Shown: positions 9,799-17,858 of the stretch, one piece after another
Numbering within the stretch: position 1 is the stretch's first letter
How the letters are laid out: every line of letters starts with the position of its first letter
Virus record (IMG/VR): IMGVR_UViG_3300020049_002596
Span: 31,513-95,512 of that record
DNA: 64,000 nt
Direction: 5' to 3' (one strand)
Source: a virus
Lineage: Duplodnaviria; Caudoviricetes
Notes under the pieces: generated by a model
The model's database searches: none
Told to the model about the DNA's origin: nothing
What the model saw: the letters and a program-made list of their open reading frames with translations, nothing else
Position numbers and translations under genes: made by a program

Positions 9799-11256
9799 AT
9801 GGCTACATTAGGAAGCAAGCTTCTTGTTAAAGAGATGGAGTGGAATGCAAATATGACTGAGCAGTCTCACTTAGGGGCAGCTTTGATTGCAAAACCACAC
9901 CGTATCTTAGGAGAAATGGACAAGCTGTTCTCAGCACAAAACTATTATTCTGATAACCCAATGTCATCTTTATTGATGGGTAACTCTAAAACAGAGGAAA
10001 CTATTGGAAACACAGAATGGGAATGGGAATTAAAAGGTGCAAACACTAGACCTCTAGTTGTTGTAGAAAATGTTGAAGTTTCTTCAAACTTGACACCTGG
10101 AAAATTCAAAAAGACTTTCAAGATTAAACTTGATGAAAACTGGTACTTACCAGGAGATGTTATTATGCCAGGTACTTCTAACAAGAAATACCAAGTGCGT
10201 ATTCAAAACCAAGGTGTTAAGCATGGTGATGGTACAGTTTATACTGTAAGAATGAACTCAGATGACCCACAAGCATTTATGCCTGTGAAATATTTGAAGC
10301 CAGGACAACAATGGGGTAAATTATTCTCTCAATATGAGGAAGCTGCTGAGCAATCAGGTTCAACTGTATTCAGTTTACCAATTGCATTCAGAAACAGAAT
10401 GTCTAAATATAGAAAAGAATACAGAATTACTGACTATGCTTCAACTGAAGTTTTAGCTGTAGCTATCCCTGATTCAAAAGGTGCTTACCATAATTCATGG
10501 ATGCGTTATGCTGAAGTTGAATATTGGCAACAATGGTACAGAGAAGTAGAACGTGGATATTGGTATTCAAGATCTGCAGACACTGTATTAGGAGCTAATG
10601 GTAGACCAGTAAGAATGGGTCCTGGAATTCAAGAGCAATTAGAAGATTCTCATCAACACAGATATTCTCACTTAACTGCTAAGTTAATTGAAGAGTACTT
10701 ACAAGATATCTTCTATTCAAGAGTTAAGCCAGGTCAAGGTCGTCAAATTAAAGGTTTCACTGGAGAGTATGGTATGTTACAATTCCACAGAGCTATCCAA
10801 GATTGGCAAAACAAATCAGGTTTCATTAAGAACATTGAAGTATATACTAATAAAGTAGCTAGTTCAGTTCACACTAATGCACTTGAAGCAGGTTACCAAT
10901 TTGTGAAATACAACATGGCAAATGGTGCATCTCTTGAGTTAATTCACAATCCTCTTTATGATGATAGAGAAATTAACTTTGAAATTGATGAGGTTACAGG
11001 TTTCCCAATTGAGTCTCAAAGAATTACATTCTTAGATTTCTCAGGAGAATCTAAAAACTCTAACATCAAAATCATGAACAAGAAAGATGGTTTTGCCTTT
11101 ACTTATGTTGAAGGTATGTATGGTCCTTATGGTCCTAAAAATGGTGGTTCTTCTGCACACTCTGGTTCTTACTATGAAATGCACGTTGAAAAATCATGTG
11201 GTATCCATATCCATGACATCACTAAATGTGGTGAGTTGATCTTATCTCGTAACTAA
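9799..11256 (+). CDS. Major capsid protein (crAss-like, HK97 fold)
   Basis: 485 aa in the canonical position; EWEWEL, GPGIQEQLE, FTGEYGM, HNPLYDD motifs; distinct codon usage with CGT Arg codons; followed by a hairpin. Confidence 0.9.
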   Translation: MATLGSKLLVKEMEWNANMTEQSHLGAALIAKPHRILGEMDKLFSAQNYYSDNPMSSLLMGNSKTEETIGNTEWEWELKGANTRPLVVVENVEVSSNLTPGKFKKTFKIKLDENWYLPGDVIMPGTSNKKYQVRIQNQGVKHGDGTVYTVRMNSDDPQAFMPVKYLKPGQQWGKLFSQYEEAAEQSGSTVFSLPIAFRNRMSKYRKEYRITDYASTEVLAVAIPDSKGAYHNSWMRYAEVEYWQQWYREVERGYWYSRSADTVLGANGRPVRMGPGIQEQLEDSHQHRYSHLTAKLIEEYLQDIFYSRVKPGQGRQIKGFTGEYGMLQFHRAIQDWQNKSGFIKNIEVYTNKVASSVHTNALEAGYQFVKYNMANGASLELIHNPLYDDREINFEIDEVTGFPIESQRITFLDFSGESKNSNIKIMNKKDGFAFTYVEGMYGPYGPKNGGSSAHSGSYYEMHVEKSCGIHIHDITKCGELILSRN

Positions 11257-11277
11257 GATCCTTTATATAACCCCAAT

Positions 11278-11302
11278 AAGCTCCTCTAACACAGGAGCTT
11301 TT
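11278..11302 (+). terminator. Putative intrinsic terminator or mRNA-stabilising hairpin after MCP
   Basis: AAGCTCCT-ctaacac-AGGAGCTT followed by only a short T run. Confidence 0.55.
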
Positions 11303-11365
11303 GGTGGTATAAGGAGAAAGGTTTCCTTAAAAATAAGTTCATTAATTTAAAAAAGAAAATTAATT

Positions 11366-12166
11366 ATGTCAGTAAAAGTAGAAGTAAGACCTATTGAGTC
11401 AAAAAGATGGCACAATAAAACAGGTCAAGAGTCTTTCACAAGACCAAAGAAAATCCAAGCTTTAGTAGATGGTAGCACAATGAAGTATGCTACAGGCCTA
11501 ACAGAAGAGGATATTAAGGTATTAGCCAAGAAAGGTGTTAACTATGATTTGTCAGCAAATTATAACTCTGAGGCACCACACCCATTTTGGGACTCAGGTA
11601 TGGCAATTATTAAATTAGAGAACAATACAATGTTCTTTGATTCAGACAATGCTCTAGACTACATTAAAGTTAGAGTAATGAAAGCAAGTAAATATGTTGC
11701 TAATTCAATGGCAGAGTATGATTTAGGTATGTGGCCAGAAGCAACTCATGTTATCTTTGATGAAGCAGAACAAGCTCAAGTATTAGCTAGTAAAGTAGAA
11801 ACTAAAAATACTGCTATTATTGAAGCTTCTAAATTATCACTAGATAGAAAAGTACAACTTATTCTTGTATTAGGTGGTAAGAATATGAAGAACCAATCTG
11901 CAGACTTTGTGGCTGTAGAGTTAGATAAGATCATCACTAAAGATGCAGGAGAATTCTTAAGATTCTTGAAGATGGATAAGAAACAAACAGCAGCACATGC
12001 TCTTGTTTTAGAAGCTCTTCAAAAATCAGTATTAAGAAGAGAAGGTCAAAGAATCTTCCACATGGACTCTCCTTTAGGTATTGATGAAATTGAAGTTGCT
12101 GAGTATCTTTCAAAAGAAGAAAATCAGGACATTAAAATGTTAATATTGTCTAAGATTAATAACTAG
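11366..12166 (+). CDS. crAss-like conserved protein downstream of MCP
   Basis: Syntenic position after MCP; helical; function unknown. Confidence 0.6.
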   Translation: MSVKVEVRPIESKRWHNKTGQESFTRPKKIQALVDGSTMKYATGLTEEDIKVLAKKGVNYDLSANYNSEAPHPFWDSGMAIIKLENNTMFFDSDNALDYIKVRVMKASKYVANSMAEYDLGMWPEATHVIFDEAEQAQVLASKVETKNTAIIEASKLSLDRKVQLILVLGGKNMKNQSADFVAVELDKIITKDAGEFLRFLKMDKKQTAAHALVLEALQKSVLRREGQRIFHMDSPLGIDEIEVAEYLSKEENQDIKMLILSKINN

Positions 12167-12171
12167 GAGTT

Positions 12172-12876
12172 ATGACAACCAGGGAAATGCATTATGACTT
12201 CAAACAGAAGTTCAACAAAATAGATAGCCAAAAAAATAAAGGACTTTTAGTTCCTGAAATTGATTGGTTATTAAATGAAGCTGCAGAGTTATTTGTAAAA
12301 AGAGTAGCTCAGCCTAAAGCTGATAATGGCCTTGGTTTTGAAATGTCTCAAAGAATAATTGATGATATTAAATCTATTGTTGTTGGGGGTGTTTGGACTC
12401 CTGTAGGTGCAAATAACGTTATTGCTCTACCTGCTGACTACTTATATTTTGTAAGATGCAGAGTAAAATTATCAAAAAGAAATTGTAAAGGAAAAGAAGG
12501 AGTTCTTTACATTAGAGAGCACAATGATCTTTTTGAAGAGAGTGAATTCTATAGCAGCTCTTTTGAATGGAGAGAAGTAAATGGAGTTTATGAAACTCAA
12601 GGTATCCAAGCTTTTACAGATGGGACCTTTACAATTGATGAAGCAAAATTGTCTTATATACGCAAAATGGCTTATATGCACAATGCCCAAGATTTTGGTG
12701 CAGGGTCTTATAACCATCCTTCAGGTGTCACCTTAACAGGTACTGTGAATTGTGATCTCCCAGACCACACCCATAGGGAAGTTGTGGATATAGCAGTTAT
12801 GCTTGCTGCAAGTGAAGTGCAAACTTCAGACTTACAAAGTAAAATTGGTAAGTTAGGTTTTAATCAGATTGTTTAA
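12172..12876 (+). CDS. Head-tail adaptor/ring protein
   Basis: EIDWLLNEA...LPADYLY...LPDHTHREVVDIAV pattern of crAss-like ring proteins; synteny. Confidence 0.7.
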   Translation: MTTREMHYDFKQKFNKIDSQKNKGLLVPEIDWLLNEAAELFVKRVAQPKADNGLGFEMSQRIIDDIKSIVVGGVWTPVGANNVIALPADYLYFVRCRVKLSKRNCKGKEGVLYIREHNDLFEESEFYSSSFEWREVNGVYETQGIQAFTDGTFTIDEAKLSYIRKMAYMHNAQDFGAGSYNHPSGVTLTGTVNCDLPDHTHREVVDIAVMLAASEVQTSDLQSKIGKLGFNQIV

Positions 12877-12893
12877 TTAAAAAACTAGAAATT

Positions 12894-14114
12894 ATGAGTA
12901 ATCGTAACAATGACGTTTTTCAAGTATTACCTACAAAAGGTAATCAAGCTTTGGCTGCAACAGGGTCTACTGTAGATTCTTTATTGCCAGGGCAATTAGG
13001 AGTTTTTGATGCTAGCACAGGTTTAGCTTATGCTACTGCAGTACCTGCAGGAACTAAAGCAATTACTTTAGCTGTTGGTGTTGGTAATGGTTCTGTATTA
13101 ACAGATATCAGAACTTCTGCTGGTCAATTCATCCAGACTAAAGGTATTACAGATTTAACTTTTAAACCTCATACTGCAGGTAGACCTATGAAGGTTACTG
13201 TTGGAAGTTTTAAAGCTGAGTGTGATACTGAGTATGGAGTAAGAGTTGAATTCCGTAATGCAAAAATCAACAGAATCCAAGGATTTAACCAATTCAGCAA
13301 AGCTTATATGGTTACAACTCCTTGTTGTGATGATTGTGCAGGAGGATGTGGTTCTTTAGATGCTAACGTATTAACTCAGTTATTCGTAGCTAATATCAAT
13401 GCTGATGAGTCAGGTTTAGTTTTAGCTCAAGCTGTTGCAAGACAAGCTTTAGTTGCTGCTACTCATGGTACTGCTTCAGATTATGCTGCTGGAGATGTTC
13501 TTACTGATGCAGATGTTGCTGCTTTAGTAAACTTCAACTTGACTGCTGTAGATGCTGATAAAGTATTTGCTGACTTTCAATTAGTAAGTCAACCTTTAGC
13601 AATTGGAAACTACTGCTCTATCAACTTACATTACTACAAATTATTAGAAACAGTTTTAGTTGTTTCTTTAATTGAAGGTTTTGGATGTTCAGGAGCAACT
13701 ACCATCAATCAATACCCAGTATTTGAAGAAGGTAGTGGAGTTAATATCCAACAAAAAGAGTACCATGCTTCAGGATGGGCAGGTTCAGGACCTTACAAAT
13801 TGTCTCAAGTAACAGGTATGGGGTATGAAAATATCAACTATCTTTCTGTAAAAGGAACTACTTATGACCAATTTATTGTTCAGTATAACCAAACTTCTGA
13901 ATCAGGATGGCAAGAATACAGTAATGTACTAAGCACTGTAATTGCAATTCCAGAAGCTGACACAGTAACTAGACAAGCTGTTGCAACTATCTTTAATTCT
14001 TTCTTATCTTCTTTAGGATTTGAAAGCTTAATTGATGATGCTGCTGCTGCTAGTACTAATGCTGCAGTTGTAGAGCCAGAAGTTACTTCTGCTGCTACTG
14101 ATGGTATAGCATAA
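12894..14114 (+). CDS. Auxiliary capsid/decoration-type structural protein
   Basis: Ala/Gly/Thr-rich beta protein in the auxiliary-capsid position, followed by a strong terminator. Confidence 0.6.
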   Translation: MSNRNNDVFQVLPTKGNQALAATGSTVDSLLPGQLGVFDASTGLAYATAVPAGTKAITLAVGVGNGSVLTDIRTSAGQFIQTKGITDLTFKPHTAGRPMKVTVGSFKAECDTEYGVRVEFRNAKINRIQGFNQFSKAYMVTTPCCDDCAGGCGSLDANVLTQLFVANINADESGLVLAQAVARQALVAATHGTASDYAAGDVLTDADVAALVNFNLTAVDADKVFADFQLVSQPLAIGNYCSINLHYYKLLETVLVVSLIEGFGCSGATTINQYPVFEEGSGVNIQQKEYHASGWAGSGPYKLSQVTGMGYENINYLSVKGTTYDQFIVQYNQTSESGWQEYSNVLSTVIAIPEADTVTRQAVATIFNSFLSSLGFESLIDDAAAASTNAAVVEPEVTSAATDGIA

Positions 14115-14140
14115 GGAAACTTAAAATAAAGCTATTAGAT

Positions 14141-14174
14141 AAAACATCTCTATTTTTATAGAGATGTTTTTTTT
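14141..14174 (+). terminator. Rho-independent terminator
   Basis: AAAACATCTCTAT-tttt-ATAGAGATGTTTT followed by further Ts. Confidence 0.8.
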
Positions 14175-14180
14175 ATTTTG

Positions 14181-14188
14181 TATATTTG
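14181..14188 (+). promoter_or_regulatory. TAnnTTTG -7 element at the head of the mucin-like/GT/tail-fibre unit
   Basis: TATATTTG immediately after the terminator, 19 nt before ATG 14208. Confidence 0.6.
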
Positions 14189-14207
14189 ACACTTAAAACA
14201 CTTTCCC

Positions 14208-15431
14208 ATGGCCTTGAATTACACATACTTAAAATACAAAGATACATACACACTTGAAAATACAGGTACTGTGAATCTTACTTACCACATAAGTAAAGTA
14301 ACTTGTGAAGCAACTACAGAGATAAAAACAGCTGTAATGGTGCCTGGACAGATATCTACTTTAAGTTTTCCTGTGGATGGAAACTACTCTGTGTATTTAG
14401 AATCTAGTACTCAAGTAGGTATGCCTTTTGTCATTAAACATTATAATCATTTACTTACTTCTTTTATCAGCATGGTAGAAGGAATTGTATGTGGATGTAG
14501 TAAATGTGATGAATGTGAAGAGTGTAATAAATGTGAAGATTATCTTGGAACACTTTTAAAAGCTCAAGCTTTTAATACTTTAAACTATCCTGTATACCAA
14601 AACTATGTGAATCAGATTACTCAAGATTCTCTTTGTGTGTTCAGTGAGACTGTATTATGTAATTTATTACATGAAAAAGTGTATGGAAATGCAGAAGTAA
14701 AAGATGCTATGTTGAGACTAATTAGTTTCTACTATTTAGCTTTTTATTATCAAGACAAATTCTTAGCTGTAGATGCTGAAGAAAAAGCTTATGTTACAGA
14801 GAAGTACAAGTTTGATAAGATAGCAGCATGTATGAGAAAGTTAGGTATTATACCTACTGACCCTTTATTCATGACTACTACAACTACTACTCTTCCTATT
14901 ACAACAAGTACTACCACAGTTGCCCCTAGTAGCACAACAACTACTACAGTGCCACCAAGCAGTACTACAACAACTAGTAGTAGCACAACCACTACCACTA
15001 CTGCACCTACAAGTAGTACAAGTACAACAACTACTACAACACCTCCATGTGCTTTAGCAGGATATGCAGTAGAGACTACAGGTAGTACAACTACCTCAAC
15101 TAGTAGCACAACCACTGTACCAACAACAAGTACAACTAGCACTTCTACTACAAGTACAAGTACTAGCACAACTACAACCACTGCTCCTACTACTTCTACT
15201 AGTACAACAACAAGTACTACTAGTACTACTACAGAGCCTCCATTACCATGTCTTTCTTATACTCTAAGTGCACCTGGTGTTTCAGGTGAGTACAATGTAG
15301 CAGAATATATAGATTGTGGTGGATTACCCCAAGTTATAGAAGCTCATGGGTATGTTAATGCATCTTTTTGTGCAAGTAGCATAGTCTTTGGAGAAGGTAT
15401 GGTTATTAGTACAGGAGAGTGCAACGAATAG
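14208..15431 (+). CDS. Putative structural protein: Cys-rich N-terminal domain, ~120-aa mucin-like Thr/Ser/Pro tract, small Cys-containing C-terminal domain
   Basis: CGCSKCDECEECNKC; T/S/P tract at 14874-15233; located in the structural module. Confidence 0.7.
   Translation: MALNYTYLKYKDTYTLENTGTVNLTYHISKVTCEATTEIKTAVMVPGQISTLSFPVDGNYSVYLESSTQVGMPFVIKHYNHLLTSFISMVEGIVCGCSKCDECEECNKCEDYLGTLLKAQAFNTLNYPVYQNYVNQITQDSLCVFSETVLCNLLHEKVYGNAEVKDAMLRLISFYYLAFYYQDKFLAVDAEEKAYVTEKYKFDKIAACMRKLGIIPTDPLFMTTTTTTLPITTSTTTVAPSSTTTTTVPPSSTTTTSSSTTTTTTAPTSSTSTTTTTTPPCALAGYAVETTGSTTTSTSSTTTVPTTSTTSTSTTSTSTSTTTTTAPTTSTSTTTSTTSTTTEPPLPCLSYTLSAPGVSGEYNVAEYIDCGGLPQVIEAHGYVNASFCASSIVFGEGMVISTGECNE
14874..15233 (+). 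repeat. Low-complexity Thr/Ser-coding tract (mucin-like)
   Basis: Runs such as PSSTTTTT encoded by mixed ACT/ACA/ACC and AGT/AGC codons. Confidence 0.9.
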
Positions 15432-15817
15432 AAAAACTAGTAAAAGAGATTACTAGTTCTAAAAAAGATGTAGTATTTATAGGAAGTGTTTCTTTGTGGC
15501 ATTTAAACTTAGTGACTAATCCTCATGATATAGATATAGTTGTCAATAATTTAGATGGCTTAGAAGTTTTTGGAAATATAGAATCTTGGGAATCAAATTC
15601 TCCTATGAGTATAAGTAAAAAAAGAGCTTGTATTAAAAGAGAAGATTACACTATAGATATTTTTATTGAAGAAACTTTACCTGAACACAATATTGAAAAC
15701 AATATTAAGTTTCAAACTCTAGATAATTTAAAAGCTCATATTGAGTTAGTAATTGAATCTTCAGAAGGAAAACTTAAAGAAATAATGATTGAAAAAAAGA
15801 AACAGTATAAATTCTAA
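15419..15817 (+). CDS. Minimal nucleotidyltransferase (Pol-beta superfamily)
   Basis: VFIGSVSL (GS motif), PHDIDIVV (DxD) and third Asp in YTIDIF; GTG start is uncertain. Confidence 0.7.
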   Translation: MQRIEKLVKEITSSKKDVVFIGSVSLWHLNLVTNPHDIDIVVNNLDGLEVFGNIESWESNSPMSISKKRACIKREDYTIDIFIEETLPEHNIENNIKFQTLDNLKAHIELVIESSEGKLKEIMIEKKKQYKF

Positions 15818-15829
15818 AATCTACAAGAT

Positions 15830-16375
15830 ATGACAGTCTTAATAGCACTAACAACAGCAGGAACTTCAACAGGACCTTTTAATCTGTATTCTAATACAGA
15901 CAACTATGCAACTCCTTTTGAAACTAATGTACCTAAAGCAAGTTTAGTGGCAGGATATCTTAGTGTAGTGGTTCCAGCAGGAACTACCACAGTACAAGTA
16001 AGATCTTTAGGAACTTGTACCAATAGTATTAATATTCCTATTGATTTGTTAACTACAAGCACTAGCAGTACTAGTACAACAAGTACCACTACTACTACAG
16101 TGCCTACAACTACAACCACTACTGTAGCTCCTGCTACAAACTACAGATTTTACCGTTGTGGAGGAGATGGCATAGCTAGTGTAGTTGTAAGTGAAGCAGC
16201 TTTAATTAATGCAGGTATGGCACCAGGTGCTACTCTTACAGTTGCTAACACTATAGAAGTATCAGGTTCAGGTAATTTGACAAGCTGTTATGCTTTTGAT
16301 GATATGGTATCTCTTCCTGTGACAGGGCAAGCTGTAATAAGCTTTGACCAATGTGATTGTTTAATGCCAGCATAA
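15830..16375 (+). CDS. Small beta-domain protein with central mucin-like Thr/Ser linker and Cys-containing C-terminal domain
   Basis: TTSTSSTSTTSTTTTTVPTTTTTTVAPAT at about 16052-16138 between two compact domains. Confidence 0.7.
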   Translation: MTVLIALTTAGTSTGPFNLYSNTDNYATPFETNVPKASLVAGYLSVVVPAGTTTVQVRSLGTCTNSINIPIDLLTTSTSSTSTTSTTTTTVPTTTTTTVAPATNYRFYRCGGDGIASVVVSEAALINAGMAPGATLTVANTIEVSGSGNLTSCYAFDDMVSLPVTGQAVISFDQCDCLMPA

Positions 16376-16376
16376 T

Positions 16377-17303
16377 ATGAGGTATATATGTGCACAACCT
16401 GCTTCTAATTTCTACACATGGCAAGTAGAAGTGGTCATAAATAATTTTAAAAAACAGGGTGTCAATCCTAATAAAATTGACATCCTTTGTGCAATAAATG
16501 ATAATGTAGTTCCTGAAGAATGGAGAAAATTACAAAATCATTACAATACAGTTAGGTTCTTTTTTTACAATGATACTAGAGCAGATAAAAGTTACATACC
16601 TTCTATCTACTTTAATCTTATGAGTAGCCACATGAAAGCTAACCCAGACTTAATAGGTCAAAGGTTATTTTTACATGATAGTGATATAATTTTCACAAGG
16701 CCTCCAGAACTTAATTGGGCAATGTTAGGACAAGTTTGGTATCTAAGTGATACTAACTCTTACATCAATTATGATTACATACAACAAAAAGGTAATCATG
16801 TTTATGAAGATATGTGTAGCATTGTAGGTATAGATAAACTAATACCTAAATTAATGAACAGTCATTCAGGAGGTGCCCAGTATATTACTATTGGAGAATC
16901 TTCTGAGTTTTGGGATAAAGTGGAGAGTGATAGTGTCAAACTTTATTCTTACTTTTGTAAAACAGAACATCTGTATATTAAAAAACATGGAGGAGATTAT
17001 CCAATACAAAAATGGACAGCAGGAATGTGGTCCCTTCTTTGGAATATCTGGTTAAGAGGATATGAAACAAGAGTAGACTCTAGACTTGATTTTGGATGGA
17101 GTACTGATCATATTTCTTCAGTAGAAAAATATTGGATACTACACAATGCAGGTGTAGCTCCAACAGATTTAGGTTTATTCTTTAAAGGTAATTATACACA
17201 GGAGTTACCCTATAATAAAGAGTTAAATCTTAATGAACAAAGAGCCAGTTTCTATTATTGGAAAGAGGTGCAAGAAACAAGTAAACAAACAATACTAATA
17301 TAG
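16377..17303 (+). CDS. GT-A fold glycosyltransferase resembling peptidyl-serine galactosyltransferase / Hyp arabinosyltransferase (GT96/GT95-like)
   Basis: N-terminal FYTWQ, FLHDSDIIF (DxD at 16677-16685), GGAQY, KWTAGMWS and C-terminal ILHNAG. Confidence 0.65.
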   Translation: MRYICAQPASNFYTWQVEVVINNFKKQGVNPNKIDILCAINDNVVPEEWRKLQNHYNTVRFFFYNDTRADKSYIPSIYFNLMSSHMKANPDLIGQRLFLHDSDIIFTRPPELNWAMLGQVWYLSDTNSYINYDYIQQKGNHVYEDMCSIVGIDKLIPKLMNSHSGGAQYITIGESSEFWDKVESDSVKLYSYFCKTEHLYIKKHGGDYPIQKWTAGMWSLLWNIWLRGYETRVDSRLDFGWSTDHISSVEKYWILHNAGVAPTDLGLFFKGNYTQELPYNKELNLNEQRASFYYWKEVQETSKQTILI

Positions 17304-17316
17304 TAAGACTGAGACC

Positions 17317-17844
17317 ATGCAAGAATTACAAAAAATTAAGAGAGACATTGCTTGGCTTATTGAGCAAACTAAATGTCTTACCCAAGAGAGTAACTTAGAG
17401 TCTCCTTTGGTAGCTACTGAGTGGTCTCCTAATCATTCTGTAGGTACAGGTAATCCTTACATCTTAGATTGTTTTGTGTGGTATCAGGGTAATGTTTATA
17501 AGAGTCTTATGGATGATAATATTTATCCTCCTACTAATGACTGTTATTGGACAAATTTAGGTCCAGGACATTTACTATTAGAAGAGCAATCTGATTGGAA
17601 TGCTACTACTGGTAGACCTTTTATTAGAAACAAACCACTAATCATTAATGATAAAACTTATGTTCACAACCAAGTTGTAGCATCTAGTACTTGGTTAGTA
17701 ACACATAATCTAAACAAATATCCTTCAGTTTCTATAGTGGATTCTGGAGAAAACTTAGTTGTAGGAGATATACACTATATTGATTTAAACAATATTTTAA
17801 TTACCTTTACATCTACTTTTTCAGGGAAAGCATACTTTAACTAA
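17317..17844 (+). CDS. Tail-fibre-associated protein with CBM5/12-like aromatic module
   Basis: EWSP...VWYQGNVYKS...PP...YW module; C-terminal STWLVTHNLNKYPSVSIVD...FSGKAYFN domain typical of phage fibre proteins. Confidence 0.55.
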   Translation: MQELQKIKRDIAWLIEQTKCLTQESNLESPLVATEWSPNHSVGTGNPYILDCFVWYQGNVYKSLMDDNIYPPTNDCYWTNLGPGHLLLEEQSDWNATTGRPFIRNKPLIINDKTYVHNQVVASSTWLVTHNLNKYPSVSIVDSGENLVVGDIHYIDLNNILITFTSTFSGKAYFN

Positions 17845-17858
17845 AAAACAACACTATC

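Noticed and set aside
14789-15181. Minus-strand poly-Val ORF (also 15904..16119) that looks like a membrane protein
   Set aside because: Antisense shadow of the Thr-rich tracts on the coding strand; no independent evidence
14874-16140. Possible CRISPR array or DNA tandem repeat
   Set aside because: No constant repeat with unique spacers; the low complexity is explained by Thr/Ser codons with synonymous variation
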